Shown: positions 18,449 to 27,449 of the stretch, piece after piece
Layout of the letters: every line of letters starts with the position of its first letter
How positions within the stretch are numbered: position 1 is the stretch's first letter
Origin: Lentihominibacter sp.
Lineage (GTDB): Bacteria > Bacillota > Clostridia > Peptostreptococcales > Anaerovoracaceae
Reading direction: 5' to 3'
Length of the DNA stretch: 64,000 nucleotides
Assembly: GCA_050953465.1 (NCBI GenBank)
Contig: JBMNMR010000001.1
Location: 221,976 to 285,975 of the forward strand
Position numbers and translations under genes: made by a program
The notes under the pieces: generated by a model
Databases searched by the model: none
What the model saw: the letters and a program-made list of their open reading frames with translations, nothing else
Told to the model about the DNA's origin: nothing

Positions 18449-20752
18449 TTACTCATCCATTAATCCCCCCTGAATGAGCTTATCAACCATATTGTTGCCT
18501 CCCATAAGCCATATCATATCCCCTTTTCTAAGTACAGTATCCGTATCCGGATTAACCACAGGAAGATCTCCCCGTTCTATCCCGATAACTGTCCCGGAGA
18601 AACGATTCCTGATATCGCTGTTTTTTATGGATTTGCGTATTAATTCAGAACCGCTTTCCAGCTTAATCGGTACACATACAAGCTGCTCTTTTTCCGGAAC
18701 GCCGTGAAATATCTGTCCATAGATATAGTCTTTCAGAATCATATCTTCAGTATCCGTATATTCTATATATTCGGCTTTCTCAAGAAAAATAGTACATCCA
18801 TCCACTTCGTCCCAGCTGCCCAGCATATGAAGCTTATCTCCGTATTTTACAACTTCGTCTGCTTCCGGCATATTTATAAACTTACCGTTCCTGATAATCC
18901 TTACTATGGTCACAAAGAATTCTCTTCTGCTGGTAAAATCGGAAATAGTCATTTCAAATTCCGGATCGACAATCTCAAACTCCACAATATACATGGATTC
19001 ATTAAGCCATCTGTAGTCATCCTTGTGACCTCTTTCTCTTTTCTGTTTATCAAGAATTCTTTCAGAAAAATTTGCTATGAATTTACTTTCCATTCCTATT
19101 GTAACCCCATTGAGCCAGCTGGATCTTATAATAAAATAAATCGGAATTGCTGAGACGAAAACCAGTATTATAAATGGTATATTGAATATTGTGCGCAAAA
19201 CCAATGCCATAAAGCAAGCTGCAATCAGTATTTTTATCGCCTTCACAGTCAGCAGAGGCAGGCGGTTAGCCCTGTGCTTGATCCAGAGTTTGACAAAAAG
19301 AGCGTTGTTTGTTCCGTGCATGAAATTCATGAAAGGTATCATCGCCGCAAGAATAATCGCTGCCGTAACAGCATTCCTGACATGCTCCGAGCTAATCAGA
19401 CCCGGCATTGCCGGAGCAAGGAACTTGAATCCCGTCCAGTATATTACAAAAAGCATTACGGAACAGATTAGCGTTCTCTGAGCCACCTTTTTTATATATT
19501 CATTCCAGTCAGCGTCTTTGGTATTTTTACTCTGTTGCTCAGAAGTGTTTTTCCTTAAAAATATTTTTGTTTTCGCCGGAAGTTTGCGTTCAAGCAGCAC
19601 ATATACTTTTTCCGCATTCTTTATGAACACCGGTGTCATGAAAGCAGTTATAACCGAAACACATACGATAATAGGATAGAGGAAATCGCTTATTACACCC
19701 AGACTCAGTCCCAGGGTTGCAATAATAAATGAAAATTCACCTATCTGAACCATACTGAATCCTCCGCGTACAGCCGTATGCAAGGTCTGCCCGGAAAGCA
19801 GTATTCCTATGGTTGCAAAGGTCAGCTGTCCAAAGATAACCACAACGGTAAGTATAAGGATAGGAACTATATATTCAATCAAAAGTGCCGGAACAATCTT
19901 CATACCCACGGATACAAAGAAGATGGCACCGAAAAGATCCTTGATAGGCTTTATCAGATTCTCAATTCTTACAACCTGTACCGTTCCTGCAACAACCGAA
20001 CCTGCCAGAAATGCTCCAAGTGCAGAAGAAAAACCTATGTAGTTGGCGATTATAACCATCCCCAGGCAGAAGCCCATCATGATGATGACGATTATCTCAT
20101 CGTTCATCAGAGGCGCAACCTTTTTCAGAAAGCTCGGCACCAGGTAAATGCTGATAATAAGCCATATTACCAGATACATCAGCATAATGCTGATTTTTCC
20201 CGCCATTTCCAGGCCTGACCCGCCCTGACCAACGGAAAGTGTTGAAAGAACAACCATCATAAAAATGCCCGCTATATCTTCGAGGATAAGCGCGCTGAGA
20301 ATAAGCTGTGTAAATTTTTCTTTTTTCAGATTGTATTCTTCGTAACTTTTAAGAATTATCATGGTAGACGACATTGAAATCATGCCGCCCAGGAAGATGC
20401 AATCCATCTTTCCCCATCCCATAAGGTCCCCGACACCGGCTCCTATGATAATCATAGCTGCCATAACTGTTACAGCAACAGTAAAAGCACTGCCGCCAAC
20501 TGTGGCAATCTTTTTGAAGCTGAATTCAAGCCCCAGACCGAACATGAGAAAGATTACACCCATTTCAGCCCAAACTGTAATATCCGCCTGATCTACAATA
20601 GTCGGCATATATTCAAAGTTGGGACTTATCAGAAAGCCGGCTACAATATACCCGAGAACAACCGGTTGCTTAAGCTTCTTAAAAATCAGAGTAACAATGC
20701 CGGCTACAATCAGAAGGAGTGCCAGGTCAGTAATGAGGCTGTCGAGATTCAC
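18449..20752 (-). CDS. CPA2 family cation:proton antiporter with C-terminal TrkA-C (RCK_C) domains
   Basis: QPVVLGYIVAG, GLGLEFS, SMSSTMII, LEDIAG, LGAFLAG, FFVSVG, QIGEFSFII; soluble C-terminal tail with IGIERG..NPD. GTG start with SD GGAG. Confidence 0.9.
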   Translation of the reverse strand: MNLDSLITDLALLLIVAGIVTLIFKKLKQPVVLGYIVAGFLISPNFEYMPTIVDQADITVWAEMGVIFLMFGLGLEFSFKKIATVGGSAFTVAVTVMAAMIIIGAGVGDLMGWGKMDCIFLGGMISMSSTMIILKSYEEYNLKKEKFTQLILSALILEDIAGIFMMVVLSTLSVGQGGSGLEMAGKISIMLMYLVIWLIISIYLVPSFLKKVAPLMNDEIIVIIMMGFCLGMVIIANYIGFSSALGAFLAGSVVAGTVQVVRIENLIKPIKDLFGAIFFVSVGMKIVPALLIEYIVPILILTVVVIFGQLTFATIGILLSGQTLHTAVRGGFSMVQIGEFSFIIATLGLSLGVISDFLYPIIVCVSVITAFMTPVFIKNAEKVYVLLERKLPAKTKIFLRKNTSEQQSKNTKDADWNEYIKKVAQRTLICSVMLFVIYWTGFKFLAPAMPGLISSEHVRNAVTAAIILAAMIPFMNFMHGTNNALFVKLWIKHRANRLPLLTVKAIKILIAACFMALVLRTIFNIPFIILVFVSAIPIYFIIRSSWLNGVTIGMESKFIANFSERILDKQKRERGHKDDYRWLNESMYIVEFEIVDPEFEMTISDFTSRREFFVTIVRIIRNGKFINMPEADEVVKYGDKLHMLGSWDEVDGCTIFLEKAEYIEYTDTEDMILKDYIYGQIFHGVPEKEQLVCVPIKLESGSELIRKSIKNSDIRNRFSGTVIGIERGDLPVVNPDTDTVLRKGDMIWLMGGNNMVDKLIQGGLMDE

Positions 20753-20789
20753 AATATTCTCCCTTCATTTGTGTAATCTGTACAGTTGA

Positions 20790-21959
20790 TTATATCACAT
20801 TATATACCTGTTCAGTACTGTTTTCTCCCATTAATTCTGCAGCCAGGCTTTTGATATCCGCTCCGAAATGTTTCTCAAGCAAAATCTCTTTTTTGCCGTT
20901 TTCCGTTATGCCGTATTCCATGCTTCTCACGATCATAGACCTTTCCAGCCACGTCTCTTCACCGCATTCATCAATCTTGCCTGCCGATGGCTCTTTTCCC
21001 GGTTTTACATCATTGAGAATCTTAAGGGCTCTGTCTATTACCTTCTCGCCTGCACAGCACAGCACATGTTTGAGATATTGTTCTTCCCGACCTGTAACTT
21101 GCCTGCTCCGGGTTACGAAACAAATCCGGTCGGCCATCTTCAGTGCACCGATTCCTGCATCTGTGAGACATCCTGAAATATCCATTATTATAGTATCGTA
21201 TCTGCTGCTGTCCATAAGAGACACAATGAACCTTTGTATTTCTGTTTCGGTCAGTTCTCTCAAAGGATTCTTCCCGTTGGAAGGGGGAAAAGTTTCTATT
21301 TCGTGAACGTCCTTCACTACATAGCTGTCCAGAAACGGAATTTCCATGCCGTCACTCACGGAACTTTTTTCTTCATTGAGGAGTCTGTACAGGTACTCTC
21401 CCGTACTTTTATGTCCCGGCAAATAATCAAAGAACACACTTGAAGACTCCACATCCTCCATGCTGAAATACAGAACCTTCTTTCCCTTAAAGCGCAGCAT
21501 TTCCTGTGCCAGAGCCATTGCCAGTGTAGTGCATCCGGCACCTCCCTCCCAGGAAGCAAATCCGTAAAGCTGAACATTTTTCTTTTTGACATAAACTGCC
21601 TTCCTGCCCGTGAGAAAGGAATATATTTCAAAAACAGAGGACATCAGGTTTTGTGCGGAGGTGTACTTGTAAAGGCTGAATTTTTTCTCCCCGTAATCGC
21701 TTCTGACCGATGATACTTTGTCTGTAAGATACACGATATTTCCTCCATAGGCACCTTTAACCTCATCACCGGCCCACAGAACAATATCAAAGCAATCGTA
21801 ATATACACCCCGCCCCTTGTATAGTGACCATTCACCGATGAACTCTCTGCTGTCAAAGACCCTGATGGCTACGTCTCCACATGCAGCGAGCAAAGACATG
21901 CTCAGTGCCTTTCCGTAATCCCTGTCTGAAGATACCACTGCGATCGTAATTTTATCCAT
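20790..21959 (-). CDS. MinD/ParA-like ATPase with N-terminal receiver-like domain (CpaE/TadZ-like)
   Basis: SWEGGAGCTTLAMALA deviant Walker A, VLYFSME, YDTIIMD. Confidence 0.6.
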   Translation of the reverse strand: MDKITIAVVSSDRDYGKALSMSLLAACGDVAIRVFDSREFIGEWSLYKGRGVYYDCFDIVLWAGDEVKGAYGGNIVYLTDKVSSVRSDYGEKKFSLYKYTSAQNLMSSVFEIYSFLTGRKAVYVKKKNVQLYGFASWEGGAGCTTLAMALAQEMLRFKGKKVLYFSMEDVESSSVFFDYLPGHKSTGEYLYRLLNEEKSSVSDGMEIPFLDSYVVKDVHEIETFPPSNGKNPLRELTETEIQRFIVSLMDSSRYDTIIMDISGCLTDAGIGALKMADRICFVTRSRQVTGREEQYLKHVLCCAGEKVIDRALKILNDVKPGKEPSAGKIDECGEETWLERSMIVRSMEYGITENGKKEILLEKHFGADIKSLAAELMGENSTEQVYNVI

Positions 21960-22020
21960 GGCAAATACCCCTTTTACCTTTATTTGCCATTATTATATGT
22001 TATTTGTAAAAAAATGTCAA

Positions 22021-23118
22021 TTAGAAGCTATAGGGCGGTCTGTTAATTCCCTTCTCGGTAACTATCGCAGTGATGAGACTGTTATCCGTCACATCGAAGG
22101 CCGGATTATAGCACTTAATACCTTCAGGTGCCACAGGTTCGGCAAAATACAGCTGACTGATTTCATCCGGATCCCGTTCTTCAATTGGTATATCAGCACC
22201 CGTTGCACATTTGGAATCTATCGTAGATGATGGCCCCAGAACAAAGAACGGAATCCCGTAATGCTTTGCGAGGATTGCTATTCCGGAGGTTCCGATTTTG
22301 TTGGCAACATCACCATTGGCGGCAACCCTGTCACAGCCCACAAGCACAGCTTGCACAAGGCCTTTGTTCATAACAATTGATGCCATGTTATCGCATATCA
22401 GGGTCACATCCACCCCTGCCTTTTGTAACTCATAGGCAGTGAGGCGTGCTCCCTGAAGCAAAGGTCTGGTTTCATCAGCAAATACATGAAATTTCATGCC
22501 TTTTTCTGTTCCAAGGAAAATCGGTCCCAGCGCGGTTCCGTATTCTGAAGTTGCCAGCGGACCTGCATTGCAGTGAGTAAGAATTCCATCACCGTCTTTT
22601 AAAAGCGTAAGCGCATGTTCGGCAATAGCCTTGCACATGGCTTTATCTTCTTCGTGTATAGCCTCAGCCTCACGAAGCACAGCTTCCGCCAGTCTGGCTG
22701 CTCCTGCGTTAACATTCGGTCTGCCGGGCTGCTCGTTTCGTGCCCTGTACATTTCAATCCTTGCTGCCTGTATTACTCTGTCGACAGCCCATGCCAGATT
22801 GATTGCCGTTGGCCTGGATGATTTCAGATAATCCCCTTTTTCCTTCATTTCCTGTATAAAAACATCATCGGAAGTCCAATTGGCTCCGCAACAGCTCCTT
22901 ATGGGCTTATATGCCAATTGTGTATTCGCCACCACTGCCATGGCATATCCTGCAAATATTCCTATAGCCGGAGCGCCTCTTACTCTCAGCTTCTCTATAG
23001 CTTCATACATTTCCTCCGGAGTTTTCAGCTCAATATACTTTTCTTCGTTTGGCAGCAGCGTCTGGTCAATTATGATGATCCCATTGCCCGCTTCGTTTAA
23101 TTTGATATTCTCATTCAT
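22021..23118 (-). CDS. mtnA: S-methyl-5-thioribose-1-phosphate isomerase
   Basis: [64 protein letters not shown]. Start ATG 23118. Confidence 0.93.
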   Translation of the reverse strand: MNENIKLNEAGNGIIIIDQTLLPNEEKYIELKTPEEMYEAIEKLRVRGAPAIGIFAGYAMAVVANTQLAYKPIRSCCGANWTSDDVFIQEMKEKGDYLKSSRPTAINLAWAVDRVIQAARIEMYRARNEQPGRPNVNAGAARLAEAVLREAEAIHEEDKAMCKAIAEHALTLLKDGDGILTHCNAGPLATSEYGTALGPIFLGTEKGMKFHVFADETRPLLQGARLTAYELQKAGVDVTLICDNMASIVMNKGLVQAVLVGCDRVAANGDVANKIGTSGIAILAKHYGIPFFVLGPSSTIDSKCATGADIPIEERDPDEISQLYFAEPVAPEGIKCYNPAFDVTDNSLITAIVTEKGINRPPYSF

Positions 23119-23149
23119 TTCTTTTATCACCTCTGCAAATAAAAGAAGC

Positions 23150-23183
23150 CTGCCGCACCTGACTTATCGTTTAGGTGCGGCAG
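23150..23183 (-). terminator. Intrinsic terminator between the M28 peptidase gene and mtnA
   Basis: 11-bp perfect stem CTGCCGCACCT/AGGTGCGGCAG, 12-nt loop, followed on the minus strand by gcTTCTTTTATTT. Confidence 0.75.
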
Positions 23184-23205
23184 CCCCTTTACATAACCTT
23201 TTGCG

Positions 23206-25416
23206 TTACTTGAATAATTTGACGAGGAGACCTAAATCGCTTATTTCCTGAGCAGCATATTCAGATATGTCTGCCAGGCATTTTTTATAAGCTTCTTCGT
23301 ATGTTTTCTTTGCCCCTTCGTAATCAAAATCCGAATCTTCCGCATCTACGGCATTGAACAGATCATAAGTTGTCTTTCCTACATCAACGATAGGAATCTG
23401 CTTCTTATATCCCCATATGCCCTTGGCTTTTGTAAGAGTATTCGGGTCGTACATATATGTGGAATTACGTGCATTTTCATAGCTGAAGTTGTAGTAGTTG
23501 TATTCATGAACTGCATTAAGATTATAAATGTAATCGCATGCTCCGTCGCCGTCATCGCCCCAGTAATTCTCCGCTTCAAGCCCTTCGATTGTTCCTTTAA
23601 GAATATTTGCATTGTCGGCAATACCGAAGTGTCCGTAATAGACTCTGAAGTCATCATTCTTCATGAATCTGTCCTGAATCTCCTGGAATATTGCCAGCGA
23701 CGTTTTATTAAGAGCCTTTCCTTCTTCTCTGAGTGTCTCTGCGGTTTCCTTATCCTCTGCTGCTACAGCCTCCTCATATGCAGCATTGCAGTCTGCAATT
23801 TTCTTGTTGTGAGCCTTTGCAGCTTCATTAAACTCCTTAATTGCCGCATAGTATGCATCGATATCAACACCGGCTTCTTTTGCCAGTTTCTCATCGAATC
23901 CTTTCTTCAGGTCTTTTCCTGCCTGAGAAAGGTCAAGTTCCAGAGCCGGCATTGTATCAATATACATCGCCAGCGCTCCGTTCCAGTTGATGTTAGTCTG
24001 GTATACTTCAGCATCATAGGTGTCCTTATTATCCTCGGAAGTATGGTATCTCTGACTGATAAACGCGGCGTCTTCAAAGTAGTTTACAAAGTAAGGAACA
24101 CCATGCCATCTGTAGGAGATGCCGTCTTCCATAGTTGTCGAATCTGACGATTCTCTCGTCATTGCAGATTTACCTTTTGTAACAACAAGACCGGTTTCGT
24201 TAATCAGCTTTTCCGACAATGTTCTGAATTCAGGCACATTGCATATCCCTGTAGCTCCGGAGTCCGGTGTGAATGCCGGCAGCTCACAGTTTAGCATCGC
24301 TATAGTCTTTCCGCTCCAATCAGGATTGGCTTCTATAAGTCCCCATGCTCCTACCGTCCAGTCAAACATAGTTCCTGTAAGACCCCACTCTTCAGCTCCG
24401 TGACAGATGAAGAGAATATCATTTTCAGGCTGATAACCGGATTCCAGCATACTCTTGGCTACTCCGAACACCAGACCTACCGCTGCACAGTCATCCTGGA
24501 ATCCATACCAATACTTATCGTAGTGTGCAGACACAATAATCTGCTGATCGCTGCTCTTCCCCGGAATCTTGCCGACAACATTGTAAGTAGTGCCCGGCTT
24601 CATAACCGCATCAAGCATGAGAGTGCACTGGTTTTTCCCTGCTTTGATTGCCGCTTTGATATCTTTGGCCTGGTTAAAGCTTATTGCCGCTGTAGGGATA
24701 AGGTCCGCACAACATACATCCTGAACATTTATAGTGTCCTTGTTGAGTTCTCCATAGCCGCTGTTTGCGTAGGATACCAGTGCGGCAGCACCATGCTGAT
24801 AAGCTTCATCAATGTACACGTCAATCCATGCCTCATTGGCCTGGTCGACCTGAGCAAGAACAATCTTGCCCTTAACGTCCTTGCCTTCATAATCAGCTTC
24901 GAAACCTGTTCCCACATCGACAATCTCTGCGCTCAGCCCGTCAGGTCCCGTACCGTTAAGCTGATATGATGCCGGCTGCAGCTTGATGTTTGTTCCTTCT
25001 ATTGTAAGTGACGAGTCATCAAACTGGAACGAATCACAAGGTGTCCCTACCTTCTGAACATCCTGCAGTCCTATTGCCTCCATTTCTTCAGCCAGAAAAT
25101 CGGCACAGGCATGCTCTTCTCTGGAGCCCGCAAGCCTCCATCCCAAGTGTCCCGAAAGATCCTCATTATATGCCAGCTTATAGGAAAGCTTGTAGGCATA
25201 TTCCAGGTTGTCGCCAACAGCTTCATAGTATGAAGCCACATCATCCGCAATTGACAGTTCTGAATTTACTTCGGCATTTGTGTAGAATTCAGACGCCTTG
25301 TCCGCCTTGTCCTCTCCGTCACCTCCCGATTCCTTTCCACATCCTGCCATTGTCCACATGGACAGCGACAGAATCAGAACAGGTATCAGAAGTTTGATTA
25401 TCCTTGTTCTTATCAT
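23206..25416 (-). CDS. M28 family Zn-aminopeptidase lipoprotein with PA domain
   Basis: Signal peptide with lipobox MAGC; SAHYDK, QDD, GAEEWG, YHTSED metal-binding motifs; PA-domain VKGKIVL. Confidence 0.85.
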   Translation of the reverse strand: MIRTRIIKLLIPVLILSLSMWTMAGCGKESGGDGEDKADKASEFYTNAEVNSELSIADDVASYYEAVGDNLEYAYKLSYKLAYNEDLSGHLGWRLAGSREEHACADFLAEEMEAIGLQDVQKVGTPCDSFQFDDSSLTIEGTNIKLQPASYQLNGTGPDGLSAEIVDVGTGFEADYEGKDVKGKIVLAQVDQANEAWIDVYIDEAYQHGAAALVSYANSGYGELNKDTINVQDVCCADLIPTAAISFNQAKDIKAAIKAGKNQCTLMLDAVMKPGTTYNVVGKIPGKSSDQQIIVSAHYDKYWYGFQDDCAAVGLVFGVAKSMLESGYQPENDILFICHGAEEWGLTGTMFDWTVGAWGLIEANPDWSGKTIAMLNCELPAFTPDSGATGICNVPEFRTLSEKLINETGLVVTKGKSAMTRESSDSTTMEDGISYRWHGVPYFVNYFEDAAFISQRYHTSEDNKDTYDAEVYQTNINWNGALAMYIDTMPALELDLSQAGKDLKKGFDEKLAKEAGVDIDAYYAAIKEFNEAAKAHNKKIADCNAAYEEAVAAEDKETAETLREEGKALNKTSLAIFQEIQDRFMKNDDFRVYYGHFGIADNANILKGTIEGLEAENYWGDDGDGACDYIYNLNAVHEYNYYNFSYENARNSTYMYDPNTLTKAKGIWGYKKQIPIVDVGKTTYDLFNAVDAEDSDFDYEGAKKTYEEAYKKCLADISEYAAQEISDLGLLVKLFK

Positions 25417-25461
25417 ACTTCACCTTCTTTCTGAATAATTGCGAAATTGTTACTTTAATCA

Positions 25462-25490
25462 ATTATACGACTGTCACGGCACAAATTCAA
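25462..25490 (-). promoter_or_regulatory. Putative sigmaA promoter of the M28 peptidase gene
   Basis: Minus strand TTGAAT-17 bp-TATAAT. Confidence 0.65.
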
Positions 25491-25506
25491 TATATTCAGA
25501 AAAATC

Positions 25507-26859
25507 TCAAATAGGCACTTCTTTCATCCTGAAAGTACCTATCACAATAATTACTGCAACCAGAATAATAAAGTAGAAGCAAGCCATCCCGTGGGAAAAT
25601 ATGGCGGCAATTACCATGAATATGCTTCCGCATATTGCCAGTACAGGCATTAAGTATCTTTTGAATCCGCTCAGATCATTTTCCCTTTTCATAAATACCA
25701 GAAAGATAGGAATATACATGGCATAGATTGTAATAATCGGCAGTTCGGATGTATCAAAAGAAAAAGGACCAAACCAGCTTTCCGTCAGATTAGCTCCGTA
25801 AAAGTACAGCAGCCACCATCCTGCCAGAAGCAAGCCTATAATGCTTGCGTTTGTAGGCATATTTGTAACCTTGTCAACCTGGCTGAGCATCCTGGGATTG
25901 TATCCCTGCCCTCTGATTGCCAGCGAATAGAATCCTCTTACATTTGCCATCGTCAGACCGTTAAGCACACCATAGCAGGATACAACGATCAGTACAAATA
26001 CACCTGTACCCCCTATTTGTGAAAATACTGTTGTAAACGCAATCTTGGCTGCGGCTTCTCCGCCTGCCATCATAGTTTCGTTATCAACAGCCCCGGCCAG
26101 ACCCAGATAATAAGTTACATAAATAAATACAATTATGAGAGTTCCCCAGAAGAGAGCTTTTGGCAGATTCCTCTTGGAATCCTTTATTTCTGAATTGATT
26201 GAAGTCGCTATTATCCAGCCTTCATATGCGAAGGATGTAGCACATACAGCCGTAAACAATGCTCCTGAAACAGGACCGGCATCTACTGCAACATAATTGA
26301 AGTTTTCAAAGGTCATGCCGGTTTTCAGTCCGAAGATTGTTCCCACAACTGCCATGAGCAGCAACGGGATAAACTTGATTACGGTGCAGACAACCTGAAC
26401 CTTTCCCGCAATAATCGGGCTCAGTGCATTTGATACGTATGCTACAATAAGCAGGAATCCTGCCAGCACCATACACTGTGCACCTGTGATATCCCATCCG
26501 ATCAGAATGCTGAAGTATCTGGCTGTGATCCATGCAAGAACCGAGACAAGTGTCGGGTAGTAAATAGTTGCCATAAACCATCCGACTATATATCCGTACT
26601 TCTTGCCAAGCATCTGCTCAGCATAGTCAACTATACCGTTGCACTTTTCATATCTGGATGCCATTACAGCAAATACATATGCGCAGGATACCATGATAAC
26701 ACCGCCGATTATCCAGGCCAGAATACCTAAAGAAGTCCTTCCGTCTGTACAGACAAGGATCTTTTCGGCCTTAAAGAACACGCCGGATCCTACTACGATA
26801 CCGACTACCACGCTGATGGCTGTAAAAAGTCCATATCTCTTTTCAAGTTGATTTTGCAT
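25507..26859 (-). CDS. APC family amino acid permease (LAT/SteT-like)
   Basis: GIVVGSGVFFK, FAYEGW, EIKDSKRNLPKAL; about 12 TM segments. Confidence 0.92.
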   Translation of the reverse strand: MQNQLEKRYGLFTAISVVVGIVVGSGVFFKAEKILVCTDGRTSLGILAWIIGGVIMVSCAYVFAVMASRYEKCNGIVDYAEQMLGKKYGYIVGWFMATIYYPTLVSVLAWITARYFSILIGWDITGAQCMVLAGFLLIVAYVSNALSPIIAGKVQVVCTVIKFIPLLLMAVVGTIFGLKTGMTFENFNYVAVDAGPVSGALFTAVCATSFAYEGWIIATSINSEIKDSKRNLPKALFWGTLIIVFIYVTYYLGLAGAVDNETMMAGGEAAAKIAFTTVFSQIGGTGVFVLIVVSCYGVLNGLTMANVRGFYSLAIRGQGYNPRMLSQVDKVTNMPTNASIIGLLLAGWWLLYFYGANLTESWFGPFSFDTSELPIITIYAMYIPIFLVFMKRENDLSGFKRYLMPVLAICGSIFMVIAAIFSHGMACFYFIILVAVIIVIGTFRMKEVPI

Positions 26860-26876
26860 AATAATAACTCTCCTTT

Positions 26877-27353
26877 TTATACTATGAGCACTACACCATA
26901 GGTGATCAAGAACACTATGATTCCGGCTGCAGTAACGCCGAGAAATATTACAAAAAATGCCTTCTTAACCGGAAATTTAAACAATGCGGCAACCAGTGAG
27001 CCGGTCCACGCACCCGTACCCGGCAGCGGAATGGCCACCAGAATAAAAAGTCCCAGAGACTTGTACTTGTTAATCGTATTTTCATGTTTGGCGGCCCTTG
27101 CCTCCATCTTCTCCACAGTGCGTCTGAACTTCTCAAATCTGCGCATCCACTCAAATATCTTTTCAATAAAGAAAACAATAAACGGCACGGGAACCATATT
27201 CCCCAGTATGCTCACAACCAGAGAGACAATAGGATCCAGTCCCAGAGCCACTCCAAACGGGAGAGCGCCTCTCAGTTCGATGACAGGCACCATCGCAATA
27301 AAAAATGTTGCCGCCATTTGTCCTATATATGTCGATGTAAGCCAGGTAATCAT
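26877..27353 (-). CDS. Small multi-drug export family membrane protein (COG2426), probably leaderless
   Basis: PVIELRGALP, GNMVPVP, LVAIPLPGTGAWTG motifs. Start ATG 27353 is 6 nt after a TATACT box, with no SD. Confidence 0.85.
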   Translation of the reverse strand: MITWLTSTYIGQMAATFFIAMVPVIELRGALPFGVALGLDPIVSLVVSILGNMVPVPFIVFFIEKIFEWMRRFEKFRRTVEKMEARAAKHENTINKYKSLGLFILVAIPLPGTGAWTGSLVAALFKFPVKKAFFVIFLGVTAAGIIVFLITYGVVLIV

Positions 27354-27395
27354 GCAGACAGTATAGCAGAACAGCCTGGTTAATGGCAAGTATTA

Positions 27396-27419
27396 AAAAG
27401 AGCACCGAAGTGCTCTTTT
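27396..27419 (-). terminator. Intrinsic terminator after ppdK
   Basis: Minus strand AAAAGAGCAC-UUCG-GTGCTCTTTTT (cUUCGg tetraloop plus U-tract). Confidence 0.9.
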
Positions 27420-27449
27420 CAGACTGTAGACAAACCCGCATCTCAGAAC

